This document shows, piece by piece, positions 47,701 through 60,000 of a stretch of 64,000 nucleotides of DNA. The notes beneath the pieces are model-generated. The model worked only from the letters and a program-made list of their open reading frames with translations, searched no databases and was not told the DNA's origin. Position 1 is the first letter of the stretch. The number at the start of each line of letters is the position of its first letter. The translations under genes and the position numbers were made by a program. Source of the stretch: Yuukianura sp. NJ FZ-2021 (Eukaryota); assembly GCA_046563655.1 (NCBI GenBank), contig CM102283.1, positions 2,852,001-2,916,000 of the forward strand, written 5' to 3'.

Positions 47701-50700
47701 CAATATCAATGTACTCTTGGTTCAATACTGGCAGCACATCTACCATTAACTGCTGCTGCTCTGGGACTCGCTCAACGTCAAACGTCAAATTTTCGTCACG
47801 CGTCTTCCAAAATTTCGATTTGAAATATTCCGATCCAAGTCCGGATTCGTAGATTGTGGACGGTAATTTCCGTACCGGTTCCAGATTCGGTATTGATGCA
47901 ACATCTAGTAGTTTTTGACCGGTGGCTAACACAAGGTCAGCTGACACTGCCCAGGGCAGGGTGACGAATCTCAAAAATTTGACGCCGCGAAACGTGGATA
48001 ACCAATTGAACAGTCCGCGCCGATTCCATTCAATGTCGTCTTCCAGCAACCGTGACACTGTAGGCGGAAGTGTATCTTCCAGGGCCATTTTTTTCCGTGC
48101 ATGACACTCATGGCATGACTCTGCTTCCAAAATTAGTTCAAAATGTTCTGTCATGTCAAACTCACTAAAAACTGGAGCGGTTTCTGGACGATACTGCGGT
48201 GTCTGTAGGTGCTGAGGTACACAATCCTGACAGCCCATCAAATCTCTCCGGGCTAAAAATCTTAGAGCGTCGTCGAATCCTTGTTGGCAAATTTCGTAAA
48301 ACAAGGTCGGGTTTGGTGGGAAAAAGGTTCCGTACAACCGTGTAAAATTTTTGGCGGACAATTCAAAACTTGTATTTGAAATATTTAGAATGGCTGATCC
48401 CAATTGGCCATCTCTTGGACAAATATCACTCTCTCCAGCATATGGCGTTACACTGACCGTGTTTTCGTCTCTGACTGGACAATTGTCTGAGAATCCTCCG
48501 TCCATGTACCGAACTCCGCGGAAACTCGGAGGAATCAATCCAGAAAAAAATGGAATGAAAGTGGCACAGAGAATGGCTTGTTTCACTTCATCGCGTGATT
48601 TGAACTCTGACACGGTAATGTTATGTCTATCGTGGACTCTGGTGAGAGAAATGTGAAGTTTTCCGGTACATCGGATATGGACGTCTTCTGGCAGTATTTT
48701 TTCTAAAACGTCGCCTAGCAACTTGCCCAAATTGAAACTGGGACTAAATGGACCGAGAGTTTTTGATCTTGCGGTGTTGGCCACTTTGAGTAAAACTTCA
48801 AGACTTGCGTCAAATGGAATGTCGGCGACCAATAGTAGGGCTGCTATTGCTCCAGCACTTGCTCCAGAAGCTTTGTCCAGGACCAAGTGATGTCCATATT
48901 TTTTCAAACAAGTTGTTACTCCAACGTAGTAAATTCCGAGGAATCCGCACCCGGCGAAGGAAAAGTTATACTTCTTGGTTCCCTTCATTTTTGATTCGTC
49001 GGAAACGTTCGGTTTTACCCGGATTTTGTAGGTTCACATTAGCACTACTCCACTTTGGTTAGACTAAACACTGACGACAATTGTCACCAATCAAAAACGT
49101 TTTCAAAACGTTTAGCACGTTTTTTGTTTAAACTATACCAAACGTTTGAGAAATTGTAGAAAACGTTTTTCAAACGTTCAGAAAGACACAAAATCGTCGG
49201 AAGACACAAAAAATGTGGGGAACAAAACGCGGGGAAAACGTTTTGAAAAAAACGTTTCGTAAACGTTTAAGGCTTTGAATCACAGAACGGCACTTTTTAT
49301 GTCTCTAATCTTAGTCTTCTGAACGTTTTCAACAGATTTCACCGAGTTCTGGACTGTTTTGAGAAAAATTGAATTTCAAAATTGTTTTTCTGAAATTTTC
49401 TGTGCTTCAAAAGTGAAATGAGCGACTACTCCACAACAACTGAAGTGGGTTTCATACTCCTATGTTCAATTAAGGCATTTAAAAAGTATGATCAGCACAA
49501 TAACTACGATCAGCAAAATACGTATGATCAGTAGCCATAGCCTATGTAGCAAATGTAGCTTCCATGACAGATAAGAAGTACAGTGCGATTTGATATGAAA
49601 AATTATGACGAAGTTGATGTCAGGAAGCATATGGCATGTGCAATTGAAGAATTTAGTAGTAATCAGTGACCTCTTCCATTGCCACTCTTATCTCCAAATT
49701 TCAGTAATTCGATACCAACTTTGTTGCAGTTTGAGCAAATAATTAAACATTCGGCACCACTTAACTCCTTTGACGTACATCGGAAATGCCGTTTGAAAAA
49801 AAAATCAAAATTTTCAAATAAAAAAAATCAACTACCATAGTTTCCATTTTGCCAATCCATCACCTAACTAACGTTGATTAGAAAACATAATTAACAATGA
49901 CCCAAATTTAACCTAACAGTTACGCTGATGCTGAGAAAAATGATAAAAAACACACATTTTTTGGAATACGACATTTTGTCGTTGTTTTGTCGAAAGTGAT
50001 CAAAGTTTTTGTTGACGTTTTTAGAGATGATGAGTCAAAATAAATAACTTCGTAAATAACTTTTTGATTTTGACAAAAGTGTCAACAACCTTGTGAGTCA
50101 CGATAATTGTCAATTACAGAAATTGCTCAGTTACAACATTGAAAATAACAAAAAAGTAGCGTGAAATTGGTCATTGCTTACCAGAAAGTCGATATTGATG
50201 GTTCCAGTCGTTTGATCATACTTAAGTCCAAAGGTAAAGAATGGCTGGGGATGGTGAGCCTGGAGGTCATTCAACTCAGCCTCAATAACTCCGCCGCCGG
50301 ATCGATTCCCACTGTCCTCAACTTTTTCTTGTTCTTCCTGCAGAGTAGTTGCTACGGGATGCTGTGTACCATTGTTGTTGTTTGGAGACACGGTTGCTCT
50401 GTGCTTATGGGGACTGGGGGTGGGGGTGTGGATGAGGTGGGAGGTTGAGTCGGGGGAGTTGGGGGTTCCGGTTAAGGGGGAAGCGGTGGCCGAACTGTGC
50501 CGAGGGGAGTTCGGGAGCTCATAGACAGAAGCCGAACTGTTTTCGGACATTGACGAATAAGTGGAGTCGCGTTTAACGGGAGATGAGCTACTGAAAATAC
50601 GGGCAATCTCTTCTTCAGGGCTTCCACGATGAATAATATCTAAAATATGGAAAAAAATGTAATTTTTGATTAATTTAAAAAAATTATGATTGAAATTTTA

Positions 50701-51015
50701 GGATTTTTGGAAAACTTACTTTCTCTAAAAACTCCAACCGATGAGGGATAAATATCCGGCGGGTAGCGAATACAAATAATGTCGTCCATTCCATTTTTCT
50801 TTTTAGCTGAAAGACAGAAAACAAAAATTTTAGAAACAAGTTTTTTTTTTAACTCTTCAAAATTTTGAAAACTTACAATCTTTCCAAATGAGCTGATGAA
50901 TCCAACACCGTTTCCAAATGATGCAGATCACAATTAGGGCAGTGAGTAGAACCGTGCCAAAAGCTACTGACGCAAGCAAAACTTGCTCAGCATACGTCAA
51001 TTCTCCCAAGTTCAT
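35743..51015 (-). CDS. Synaptotagmin-like protein (N-terminal TM, linker, C2A, C2B). Exons 51015-50877, 50806-50720, 50639-50182, 41062-40829, 39718-39572, 38365-38245, 36404-35743
   Basis: TM VLLASVAFGTVLLTALIVICIIW; C2A FGLKYDQTTGTINIDFL|EARNLP...DPFF...FDSDRFG; C2B RGELLLGLCYLPTAERMSVNVMK...YVRVFL...KRKKT...PIFNETLVF...VVGKV...HWEKMIRAPRTIASEWHSL; all junctions GT-AG and phase-consistent. Confidence 0.88.
41632..42846 (-). CDS. Patatin-like phospholipase (PNPLA2/ATGL/brummer-like) copy A; intronless, nested in the synaptotagmin intron
   Basis: Uninterrupted ORF from ATG 42846; SFAGCGFLG, GASAG, DGG, SPFCGQSDICPRD; CxxC...CxxC after the patatin domain. Confidence 0.93.
   Translation of the reverse strand: MTVISKQDNSKLNFSFAGCGFLGMYHFGVMACLKKYVPHLLTKVSGASAGAIATSLTIMDTEISDAASMWIHTCVTTRDKVIGALSPSSDVAGIVRYHLEKNVPHNGHILASGKVHISLTRVRDMKNMIVSNFESREDLIDALICSITIPFFVGLIPPLFRGERHVDGGFSNNLIIHDENTVTVSPFCGQSDICPRDGPLSSWMLQVKNTSFEISAKNISRLTHSFIPPGPDDLAEIFQQGYADGRRFLVERDLVRCKPCRFAGSTEQTGTNSEDAEPNSSQTGTDTEDESSEPEEDQDWTNQNCRNCETIRESEEKVPESVQKMFRAAIDDDMSTLRAKLRQYKIMKLVSVATMPLVLSYDFVYAAGRKLLQVPEIFNPNLLISKLMNSHFPELQEFLTPPFG
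44807..46066 (-). CDS. Patatin-like phospholipase (PNPLA2/brummer-like) copy B; intronless, nested
   Basis: Uninterrupted ORF from ATG 46066; SFSGCGFLG, GASAG, DGG, ICPRD; shares LRAKLRQYKIMKLVSVATMPL with copy A. Confidence 0.93.
   Translation of the reverse strand: MAVSKYDKSKINFSFSGCGFLGMYHFGVIACLKRHVPELLSKVSGASAGALAMCCSVADIDIADVASMWIQGCVITRDKVIGAFSPSSDVAGIVRCNLERCVPPDAHLLVTGKVHISLTRVRDMQNVVISEFKSRAELIDALICAVTIPFFVGLIPPRFRGERYFDGGFTNNIIIHDEHTVTVSPYCGGDGICPRDGPRSPWIMDFKNTPIELSTKNISRIAHSLFPARAETLSGFFRNGYQDALRWLVEQGFVGCDVCLPAPTALIGGFKTSSDPVIGGFKIPSDAVIGRDEIARRELIGGENVKEEMSDAEADQDWVRNCRDCETVRYFPNVVIPESVQKTFRDAIDDDTQRLRAKLRQYKIMKLVSVATMPLALYYDILYATGQKLAKVPQLLDPNVAISKLISLVPFQEALIPLA
47495..48988 (-). 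CDS. Patatin-like phospholipase (PNPLA2/brummer-like) copy C; intronless, nested, the most canonical copy
   Basis: 497-aa ORF; SFAGCGFLGIY, GASAG, GPFSPSFN, GVRYMDGGFSDN, PYAGESDICPRD, ICQQGFDDALRFL. Confidence 0.94.
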   Translation of the reverse strand: MKGTKKYNFSFAGCGFLGIYYVGVTTCLKKYGHHLVLDKASGASAGAIAALLLVADIPFDASLEVLLKVANTARSKTLGPFSPSFNLGKLLGDVLEKILPEDVHIRCTGKLHISLTRVHDRHNITVSEFKSRDEVKQAILCATFIPFFSGLIPPSFRGVRYMDGGFSDNCPVRDENTVSVTPYAGESDICPRDGQLGSAILNISNTSFELSAKNFTRLYGTFFPPNPTLFYEICQQGFDDALRFLARRDLMGCQDCVPQHLQTPQYRPETAPVFSEFDMTEHFELILEAESCHECHARKKMALEDTLPPTVSRLLEDDIEWNRRGLFNWLSTFRGVKFLRFVTLPWAVSADLVLATGQKLLDVASIPNLEPVRKLPSTIYESGLGSEYFKSKFWKTRDENLTFDVERVPEQQQLMVDVLPVLNQEYIDIVEEYPGNEQYMNVSPGDAFVDVTSGTRYHVVEVPLTTNEHVVNFGDRTCQSPIEFPSSRRSSIVLHYN

Positions 51016-54000
51016 TTTGAATTAAAATTTCAAATTAGTTGAAACCCGGCAAAGTTCAAATCACAAACAAACAAGTTCAAATTATACAAAGTGACCTTCA
51101 CATTGACTTCAGTTCGAAGACAAAAGTCAAAGGTCAAACTGTTCACCATGCACGGCGGAAGGTCAAACTGCACCTGAAAACAGAAAAAGAAAAAGTTACT
51201 AAAATTTGAACTTTTACTATCACTCAAAAATTTTATGATCCAAATTATTTACATGTATCAAATATTTTTTTTATTTTCTTTCTTTTCAAATCCATTTTTT
51301 TCAAATTGTATTTTGCTAATTTAGCAGTGATTTCAGTCTTTCTCTTTTTTACACTCTTTTAGGTTAATTTAATTTGTCTTTCCTTACTTCTAGACTGCTA
51401 ATTGAATTTCAGGCGAAAGAAACGTACAAAAAGAAAACTTTCTTTTAATTTCTACATTTTTTTTCAACGCATGCGCAAGTTGTCGATGATACTACTAAAG
51501 TTTGAGCTAAGAAAGTTCCTTTTGTAACAATTTAGGCTCGTGCAGATGCAGTGGAGAAAATTAGACAATTGCCAGTGCATTATAAACTGAAACCCAATGA
51601 TTAACGAAAATTACACGAATACAACCCGAATACCCGCCTCTTTTTCAAATCCTTCAACTGTTGAACTTTGACCTCAATCAATAACTTAATCAACAGCGAA
51701 ACATGTACTTTGATACTTCTGTAACTATGCAATTCTGAAACTAAAAAAGAACTCAATTGAATTCAATGTTTTCTAAGAAAAACTAAAAATAAAAGCCGTA
51801 CAAAAACAACTTTCATAATTTCTTTTTCTTTAGTATTTCATAATTTTTTTTTTGCATAAAAATTCACTGCGCAGCTTCCGGCAGGCAGGTTGCTGCGAAA
51901 AAAGTTTCAAAAATTATAGTTACTACTCCCGCTTCTGACAAAAAAATATGAGTGTTTCTATGTTTGTATGGCTTGCAGATTTCAAAAAATTGTAGAGTTG
52001 TGTTGCTATGCTACGGGAAATATGAAGCTGGGTGATAAGTGATAGGTAGCACATATCACGCTTCAATCTGGTGTTACAGAGGTCAAAGGTCACGTTACAA
52101 AGATGATCACCCTAACAGGAAACAACAAACTTTTATTATCGAGGTCACGTCGAGGTCATCTGCAGTTAAATATACAACGTTAGGACAGGTTGAAAACAAG
52201 GTTTAACAAACGTGACAAACGTGCAGAAACTTTTGTTTTTTCCAAATTCCGGATAGTGCTAAAAGGTAATTAAATTTTATCAGGAATTTGGACAGATTTG
52301 ACGCCGTCTCTTGATGATTGGATTTGGAACTTGCACTTTGTGAACCGGAGGCAGTTGACCTCTCCGAACTTTGTTTCCTCTGCATCTAGATTAATACTAT
52401 ACAATAGATTTGATTTGAAAAGTGGCGGTCATGTCATAAAAGCTTTTCCTAAAGGTCATTGACTTCAAAAAAGGTTCGCTCAAAGTTCCCACTCTTTTCG
52501 TAAAAAAACTTCGGACTAAAATAAATCTCCGAAGATTTGTTTACAGAAACTTGAACTTTTTAGACCAAAAAACAGAAAACAGGAAACGAAAAACAGGAGA
52601 AATGACATGAACGTTCCACCGTGCAGTAACCTGCACTTCGCAGGCTGGAATTTAAAAAAAAGTTGAAATTCGAAACTGTCAAAACTAAATTTTTTTTGAC
52701 ATTTTTTTCACAAAAAGTTGCATGTTTGTGCAAAAGCTGTCACTGACACAACTGAGTGTATTTATGAATTTATGGACCCATTTGTGTTCTGGAAGGCAGT
52801 TAATTTAAAATGTCTCGAAGATTTTGACAGTTAAGATAATTAATGAGTATAATTAATCAAAAACCGACGTCAAATATGTTCAAAATTTTGAAATTTTGAA
52901 ATTCCCACAACTGGAATTGTCCATGGTGTGGGCGATTGCATAAATTTCAACAACTGACGCTTTCAATAATGCTCAACATGCTGCAAATCTCATGCTCTCA
53001 GCCTTCAAAACTTTCAAAAAATGTACGAGTTTATTTGAAAAAGTTTAGCAAATTTAGAAAAAACTTGTAATTTTTTTAGACAAACTTTTCAGAAACAAAA
53101 TTAGAATCGTGGGAGTGCAAGGTGAGCACATGGATTAACTTTTTTTTAATTTAAAAAAAAACTAATATTTTGTAAAAAATGTATGGAAAGTGTGGGAGTG
53201 AGAGAGGTTATTTTGAAGGATGAGATTTTTGTTTGAACATGTTCAAACAAAAATTTTAAAAAGGAACTTGCCCTACAACCGAACAACTCAAATGAAATTT
53301 CCCACTCTCAGGGTTCATTTTGAGATTGAAATTCAGAATCACGTCTCCAAATGTATGATTATTGATTATCCAAAAACAACAACTTTTTTTTTCTTCAAAC
53401 ATTTCAGTTTTCTGCACTTACTTTTTCAATTCCTTTCTCTTGCTTCACTTTCCTTCTGCATTTTTCTGTTCATTGTTTTGATTTTTAAAAAATTTTGTTT
53501 TTAAAACAAAAATTTAAAGAACGTGACATTTCCGGGACACTTTTAAATTTCCCGCTCCGGGAATTAGGGAGGCTGTCACTTCAATCGTTTCTGGAATGCT
53601 TTTGATTTAATTCAAGCAGAAGAAAGTAGGCAGAGCTCTTGAAAAAAAAAGAAAAAAAAATCTTTTATGTGAATTGGAACTGGGAGAAAGCGGAGCTTTT
53701 TAATTTTTTTTTTAGTTCAAAAGCTTTTTGGCACAAATGTGTGGCTCAGCAGGATGCTTGGACAAGATTCACAGTGTGACACCTCCATCACTTACATTCA
53801 TTGTATGGCTTAACCGCATGTCACCACAATTTGTTCCTCACGGACATTAAACACGACCGTATTAAGTCTACATCACACTTTCTGAAAGGAATTTTAAAAA
53901 AGATTTTTTTTTGTAAGCATCCATTTTCTGAAATTTTCAAGTTGAAACGCTTTCTTTTTTTGAGAACAACAACGACCTTGGCAAATGTTTAGCAATTGAG

Positions 54001-57000
54001 AAACGTTTTTGGTAAACTCAAAACGTTTTTAACAAGGTGGAAATATTTTTACTCAACTTGGAACAGTTTTGATAAACATTTTTAGAAATGTTTTTGAGAG
54101 AAAGTTTTGTTTGAAGTTTCAAGGGATTTGGAGGGTTTCAGTGGTTGAGGAATGTAGAATGTAGAAAACATGCAGTATATGTTTCGAGTCCATTTTGGTA
54201 TAATCTGAATTTGAAAATTGCGCCAAAACAAAGAAAAGTTGAATTAATTAGAATCTCTTTCTTGTTTTACTTATTTACATTTTCTGGTTTCAAAGAGAAA
54301 GAAAGTTTGGACATTTAGGAGAGTCTTGAAAGTACAAAGTACAAAATGGTGGTTTTGATTAAGCTTGAAGATGGTGATGCTGGCTGTTTTTGTGAATTTG
54401 TAAAATTTTAGAACTTCAAACAAATTTTTAGAAAAGCAGAAAAAGTAATTCTGGGAAAAAAGAACTTCGACCTTGAAAATGGTGGAAGCGCAACAAGTAG
54501 GCGACGGAAGTAGTGGCGTGGGTGGAAAATCGTTTTTTTTTTATTTTGAAAAAAAAAAATTTTTTTGTTTGTACCGCTGGGACTTCCTACTTGTAGATTG
54601 AAAATAAACCCGGCAAGTTTAATTTCCGTTTTATCAGGAAGCTTATGCAACAGCACGTTTTCGCTTTTGAAAACAGAAAGAGAAGATTTTCTAGAAATTT
54701 CAAATGCGGTTGTTGGTATTATTTGGTTTTGACAATTTCAAGGTAAAAACTTAACCCAATTTATAATTTAGGTGAAATGCTCAAGGTTTCATACAAACTA
54801 GACTGCATGCAGATTATTCTAACAAGCGTTAACGTCATTTCAAGTTTAGATTGACCTTTAGACCTTAGATGTTACAACGCAACAGACTTTGTGAAGTGAC
54901 AAGTTGTAGGTGGATTTTGACACTTTTGGAATAAACTTGGTTGCATACAGCGCTGTATCGGCGGTTAATTCAAAATTCAAACAAATAATTAGCTCCCGTT
55001 TTGAATTTAGCAATTTACATCAGAAGTGTTTTCGTTCTTTGGAAGAAAATTTTCAAAAAAAATGACAAGGTACAAAAACAAGTTTGCGTTTTTTGTTCAG
55101 CTGAAAAAGTTTGTTGTTCTAAACAAACTTTTTAGTTTTTGATCAAAATGACTCAGATTCTTAAATATGTTTAGGCACTCGCAATGTTTAATCGATTTTT
55201 TACTTTATAAAAGGCCAGCCATGTGTGGAATCAAATCTGAACAAGGAAATTGAACCGTAGAAACAAAAAGAAACTGGAACTTGATACGCGTGGTGCCTAA
55301 AACACTGAAAACGCTGAAATTTGTGTCATGGCATGTCAAATTGCCATTTTGGTTGCATTTTAAAAACTGCTTCATTCCAAAGTGATTCAAAGTGTAATAA
55401 AACCATTTTGTTTGTTACACAAATGAAATAAAATACTAATTCTCCTAATTTCCGTTTCGGAGATTTCCAAAAATTTTGACCAAAAAAAAAAAACTGAACG
55501 ACGCACGAGGTTCACTCAAGTGGAAATTTTATGGATAATCGATTGAGCCAGAGCGAATCAGAAAAATGTCTCTACTTTCTCCAGTAACAAGCCGCGTTTC
55601 AAATTGCAGAACCAAAAAAACATAAGTTTTTGCAATCTTTTTTAAAAATAAAATTCAAAGAATTCAGATGGAATAAAAAATGAACGGTAAAGTTATTTCA
55701 GAAACTCCGGGTTTTTTGAAAACCCAAAGTTTTTGAGAGTGATGCTGCGTAAACATCATGAAATCCTGAGAGAAAATGACATTTTTCTCCCGGTTTCAAA
55801 TTTTCCATTTTTTTCAACGTAACAAAAATTGAAAACTTTCACAATTTCATATTCTGATCTCCAATCGATAATATCCAATAGCTCGAGTGTTTGCACAAGA
55901 AAATTTTTTGGCTCAAAGTTTTTTAAACCCAAAAAATACTGTAGACGCTTCATGTTTTGATAAATTTCGATCAAACTTCCTCCACAGCTTGTTGTTCTAA
56001 CCGAAAAGAGTAAACAGTTCAAAATTTTTATTTTTTTTTTAAATTCTCCGCTGTTATCAGTGATAACCCATTAGCATTGGAGAAATTCAGAAAACAAAAA
56101 AAACTTCATAATCCTATTATTCTGCTTGAGAAACTCGAATCTTCCACCCCCGCGGGAAAATTTGACTCGGATTTGACAAAAGCTGACACTTTTTTCCTGT
56201 TTTGACGCCTTTTTCGAATGATTGACCTGCCTCCATGGTTTTGGCTTATGTAAAAAGAATTAGCCTTAACAAGCCCTAATTAACACACCTGTTGCTCCAG
56301 TACCTTAATTACTAAATCTCAAGTTGACCTATTTTCGTTTTTGTGTTTGTTAACCTAATCAATTAAGAAAATTAATGAATACAAAATATAAATATATTAA
56401 TACAAACAACATAAAAACAAGACGCTCGTGTCGTATCCTAACTTCATTCAGAGAAATTCGAAGCATTTTAGGTTAGTCTTTTCATTCCAAACTCATTCCT
56501 AGAAGTTTCCAAATTTGACAAGCGGAATTCCCATGAAGCTTAAAAAAACAGCCGCAGTAAATTTATGAAACATCAAAAATTTTTGTTCAAAAACTTAAAA
56601 AGCTCAAATTTAAAAAGAATTTCTCGCCTTTCAATAGGAAAAGTGAGAAATTTTGAAACATTTTGAACTTCAGATTGTTATGAGTTGACTAAAAATGTTG
56701 ACGAAAGTCATGGCGTGTGCTAACGTAAGTGTCATTAGTTGTCTATGTCACATGACTTCTGTGGAAGTTTAATTTTTCATTGCATGTCGAGTCATACTGT
56801 GGAGAGTTGGGTTAGGTTGGACATATGGGGGCGGGGTGGCCTACTTTGGACGCCATGACACTTTGTAAGTGCATTTTAAAAAAAAGTGAGGTACAATTAA
56901 GTAACATTGGTTAAAAAAATCAGTTGTTGAATTGAATGTATTTCGAGCTTTCTCCTAAGCCTTTTAGTTTTTTATGAAAAACAAGTTTTAAAAAAGTGAA

Positions 57001-60000
57001 TGAAGTTTTCCTCTTTTTTCGTGCTAATTAAAAACTGAAGACGCTGCATTTTTAGCCATAGTACTGCTTATCTGAGCACAAAAGAGGATTATATTGAAAG
57101 AAAACAGACGAAAGCCATTCAAAATTCAAAAGTGTTTGAATTTTTCAAATACTTAATACTGATATATACGGAAACGTAAATACAACAAACGTAATTTTTG
57201 AATTTTTCTTAATGTTCTGTCAAAAACTGCTGCAAGAAGTTTTATACTATTTCAGTAAAATTGAGCCAGAATCAAGATTTCAACGAAAAGGGAAAATGTT
57301 TTTTCAAAAACTTGTTTTTCTTAAAACTTAATTCAGTAATTAAGTAATTAAAATTGTGGAAAAGTGTCAATTAGGTGAGTAATTAAGTCAATAAGTGGCT
57401 TACCTTTAATGTTGTTTGTGCTATGCACTTGATGATGAAGTCACTCTTCACTTTTTTGAGTGATTTTTTAGTATTTTGAGTTCACTGCTTTCAAGGGTCG
57501 GGATTTTAAAAACTTTGGACAGTTCTGCTATGAACGTTTGCGCGGGATTGTTTAAATTTTGAAAACTTGAGTTTGAAGACCTCACTGCAGGGTGTGTTCC
57601 ACTTTTGTGGTAGTTTTTAGAAGAAAAACTTCTCGAAGGTGGATTCGCCTGTATCCTGCAAGGTGAAAGCGAGAACTGACTGGAGAGAAAGTAGGACTCG
57701 CTTGTCCAAGGGCTGCTGGCGAGGGAGAAAGTGGCTGCCACTGCGTCGCTTCCAAAATTTAGAAACACTCCTCCACTCTCCTCACTTTTTTCAGACCCGT
57801 TAGAATTCAATAACTCCCACCATAGTTGGATCTCCAGCCGGTTCCGGAACGGTACGAACCCAAACGGTATGCGATTCGGTACTACGAAACACTCTTGGTA
57901 TAAAAACCCTACGCTTGAATCTTAACCGGAAGAGACAAAAAAAAAGATTCTCAGTTTTGGTCCAATGTTCCAAAATTGTTTCGACCAAATTCGAATTTCT
58001 AAATTTTTGCAGTAGTTAAGCTCCAATATTTCGAAATTCAACACTTCTGAAATCAAATTTTTCCAAAAAATTCAAACTGGTCGGGAAAAAAAACGATAGA
58101 ATTTTGCAAGAAAAAAACTTCGCCAGTAAGCTGCTGGTCCGAGAAGTTTTAAGTTCTGTAATAGACAAACAAAATCGGTTAAAATACCGTTTCATTCCGA
58201 TTTTCGAAACTGTACTGAACTTTTTTTCTGTAATTTTTTTTTATCAAGTGTATCGTACCGACTCGACGCTGAGAGAGGAACTTAAGCGCCTCTTTTTTGC
58301 ACCATTTGAATGAAACAGCGGTGCTCAACTCTTCCTGTGTACTTTGCGTCTGTGTACTTTTGCGCCGTGTTTTTCTAAGAATCGCTTAGCTATGCTATTC
58401 TGCTTACTGTGGCTTTTTCTCCAGAGGTGATAGAACTCTGGACGCCGTTTGCCTAAAGTGGAGCACAGAGACTAACCAAAGGCGCGTCACAGACACAACT
58501 GAGTTATGAGATGCATATTTGCTAATTTGACAGATCCAGAAATATTGGCACAATTGTTTCCGAATTGCTCACTTTTCCAAAAAATGAACTTTTGTGTAAA
58601 AACTGGTCAAACTCACCAATACAGTTGAAATGAAACAGTTTCTGAGTCACGTGAACTTTTGACCTCGACGAGAACTGATGACTGAGAACATCATCGTTGC
58701 GCATGCACAGTTGCAATAAAACTGAAGTTGAACTTTTGAGTAATGAACTTGTGCATGAACTTTAGAAATTTTGATTCCAACGTAAACTCAACCTGTCAGT
58801 GTCAAAAAGTAACAATAAAGTTTCGACTTTTCTGAAATTTTGACACAATTTAAAATTGTGAATGAAGAAGTAATCCGTTAGAGAATCGCACTCTTTGAAG
58901 ACGTTTCAAGGTTCATGGACTTTTCACAAGTTCAGACAATGAAGAAGAACAAAAACTAATTTTGTAATTTGCAATTGTTTCCAATTTTTATAAAGTTACA
59001 TGTAATACACTATGTATAAAGAAACTTTGGTAAAATAGAGTGTGCCGTTGGAAAATTTAATTTCCGCGCAACTGACTTTTAGTGCTTGTAATCTTCTTTT
59101 CTTCTTGGTCTAAACTTTATTATTGGCAAAGAAAAAACAGTTTTTGACAGTTACAAATTATTTTAACAAAGACTTTAACCTATAACAAAAAGCTTTTTCT
59201 TTTTTCAAAAGTTCACAATCAAGTTCAAAGCAATTCACCCTATGCGAGAAAAACACCGTTGCAAACTTCAAATTAAACATTCAAACATTTCCGCTATTTT
59301 GTAACTTCCCGCCAATATTTTTATTTCCCACCACTTTTTTTTTACTTTTCGCCACTTTTTAACTTTTCGTTATTTTTGCCATATCCAATTTTTTTTTACC
59401 ATTTAGAAGAAAATTTATGTCAAACTATGTATGTAAAAGCGGTTCGCTTTTGGTTGTTATGGAAACGAGGCTACTGAAAATTTCTGTTTTGGAATTTGTT
59501 GAATCTTTCGAAATAAACAAATTCTGAACTCGATATAAAATCTATTTTCAATGAATTTCTTTTTCAAAATTCCTGTTTTTTCTAAATTTTGAGTGGACAA
59601 GGTAGTAAGAATTTTTGGCGGGCTGGATGAAGTGTCGTTTCGGTTGAACAAGGTTCTTGTGCTCGTAAAAAACTCAGCAGCGTCCTCGTCGTTGTTCTGT
59701 GAGTTCAAAATTATGACAAAAATTTTCCCAAAATTTCAAATTTCGAAAGTTTCAAGTATTGAACCGGAAACAAGTAAACAAGTTTAAAATCAAAACATTG
59801 AATCCGCATGTATCTTTATTTTAGGAGTTGTGTCTTGTAGGAGGAAGTTTGGATTGGAAAAGTCAACAACCTAGGAGGTGGCCTTGAGCAAACAGGGCAT
59901 CGATCGTCTGAAATTTGCACGGAGCCCTTAAGTACCCCTTTGGAAGTTAGTGAAAGTGTGACCAAGGGAGAAAATGAGGTGAGCCAAAAACTCTTGTTTT

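Noticed and set aside
41632-48988. Lipase ORFs as alternative terminal exons fused to the synaptotagmin TM exons
   Set aside because: Copies B and C have in-frame stops just upstream of their ATGs, and copy A has only weak AG acceptors; separate genes are more parsimonious, though RNA-seq could test copy A
57448-57988. ORFs of 62-120 aa in a GC-richer patch
   Set aside because: No recognisable motifs; may be a non-coding 5' exon of the synaptotagmin gene (donor-like site near 57403), but this cannot be supported from sequence alone
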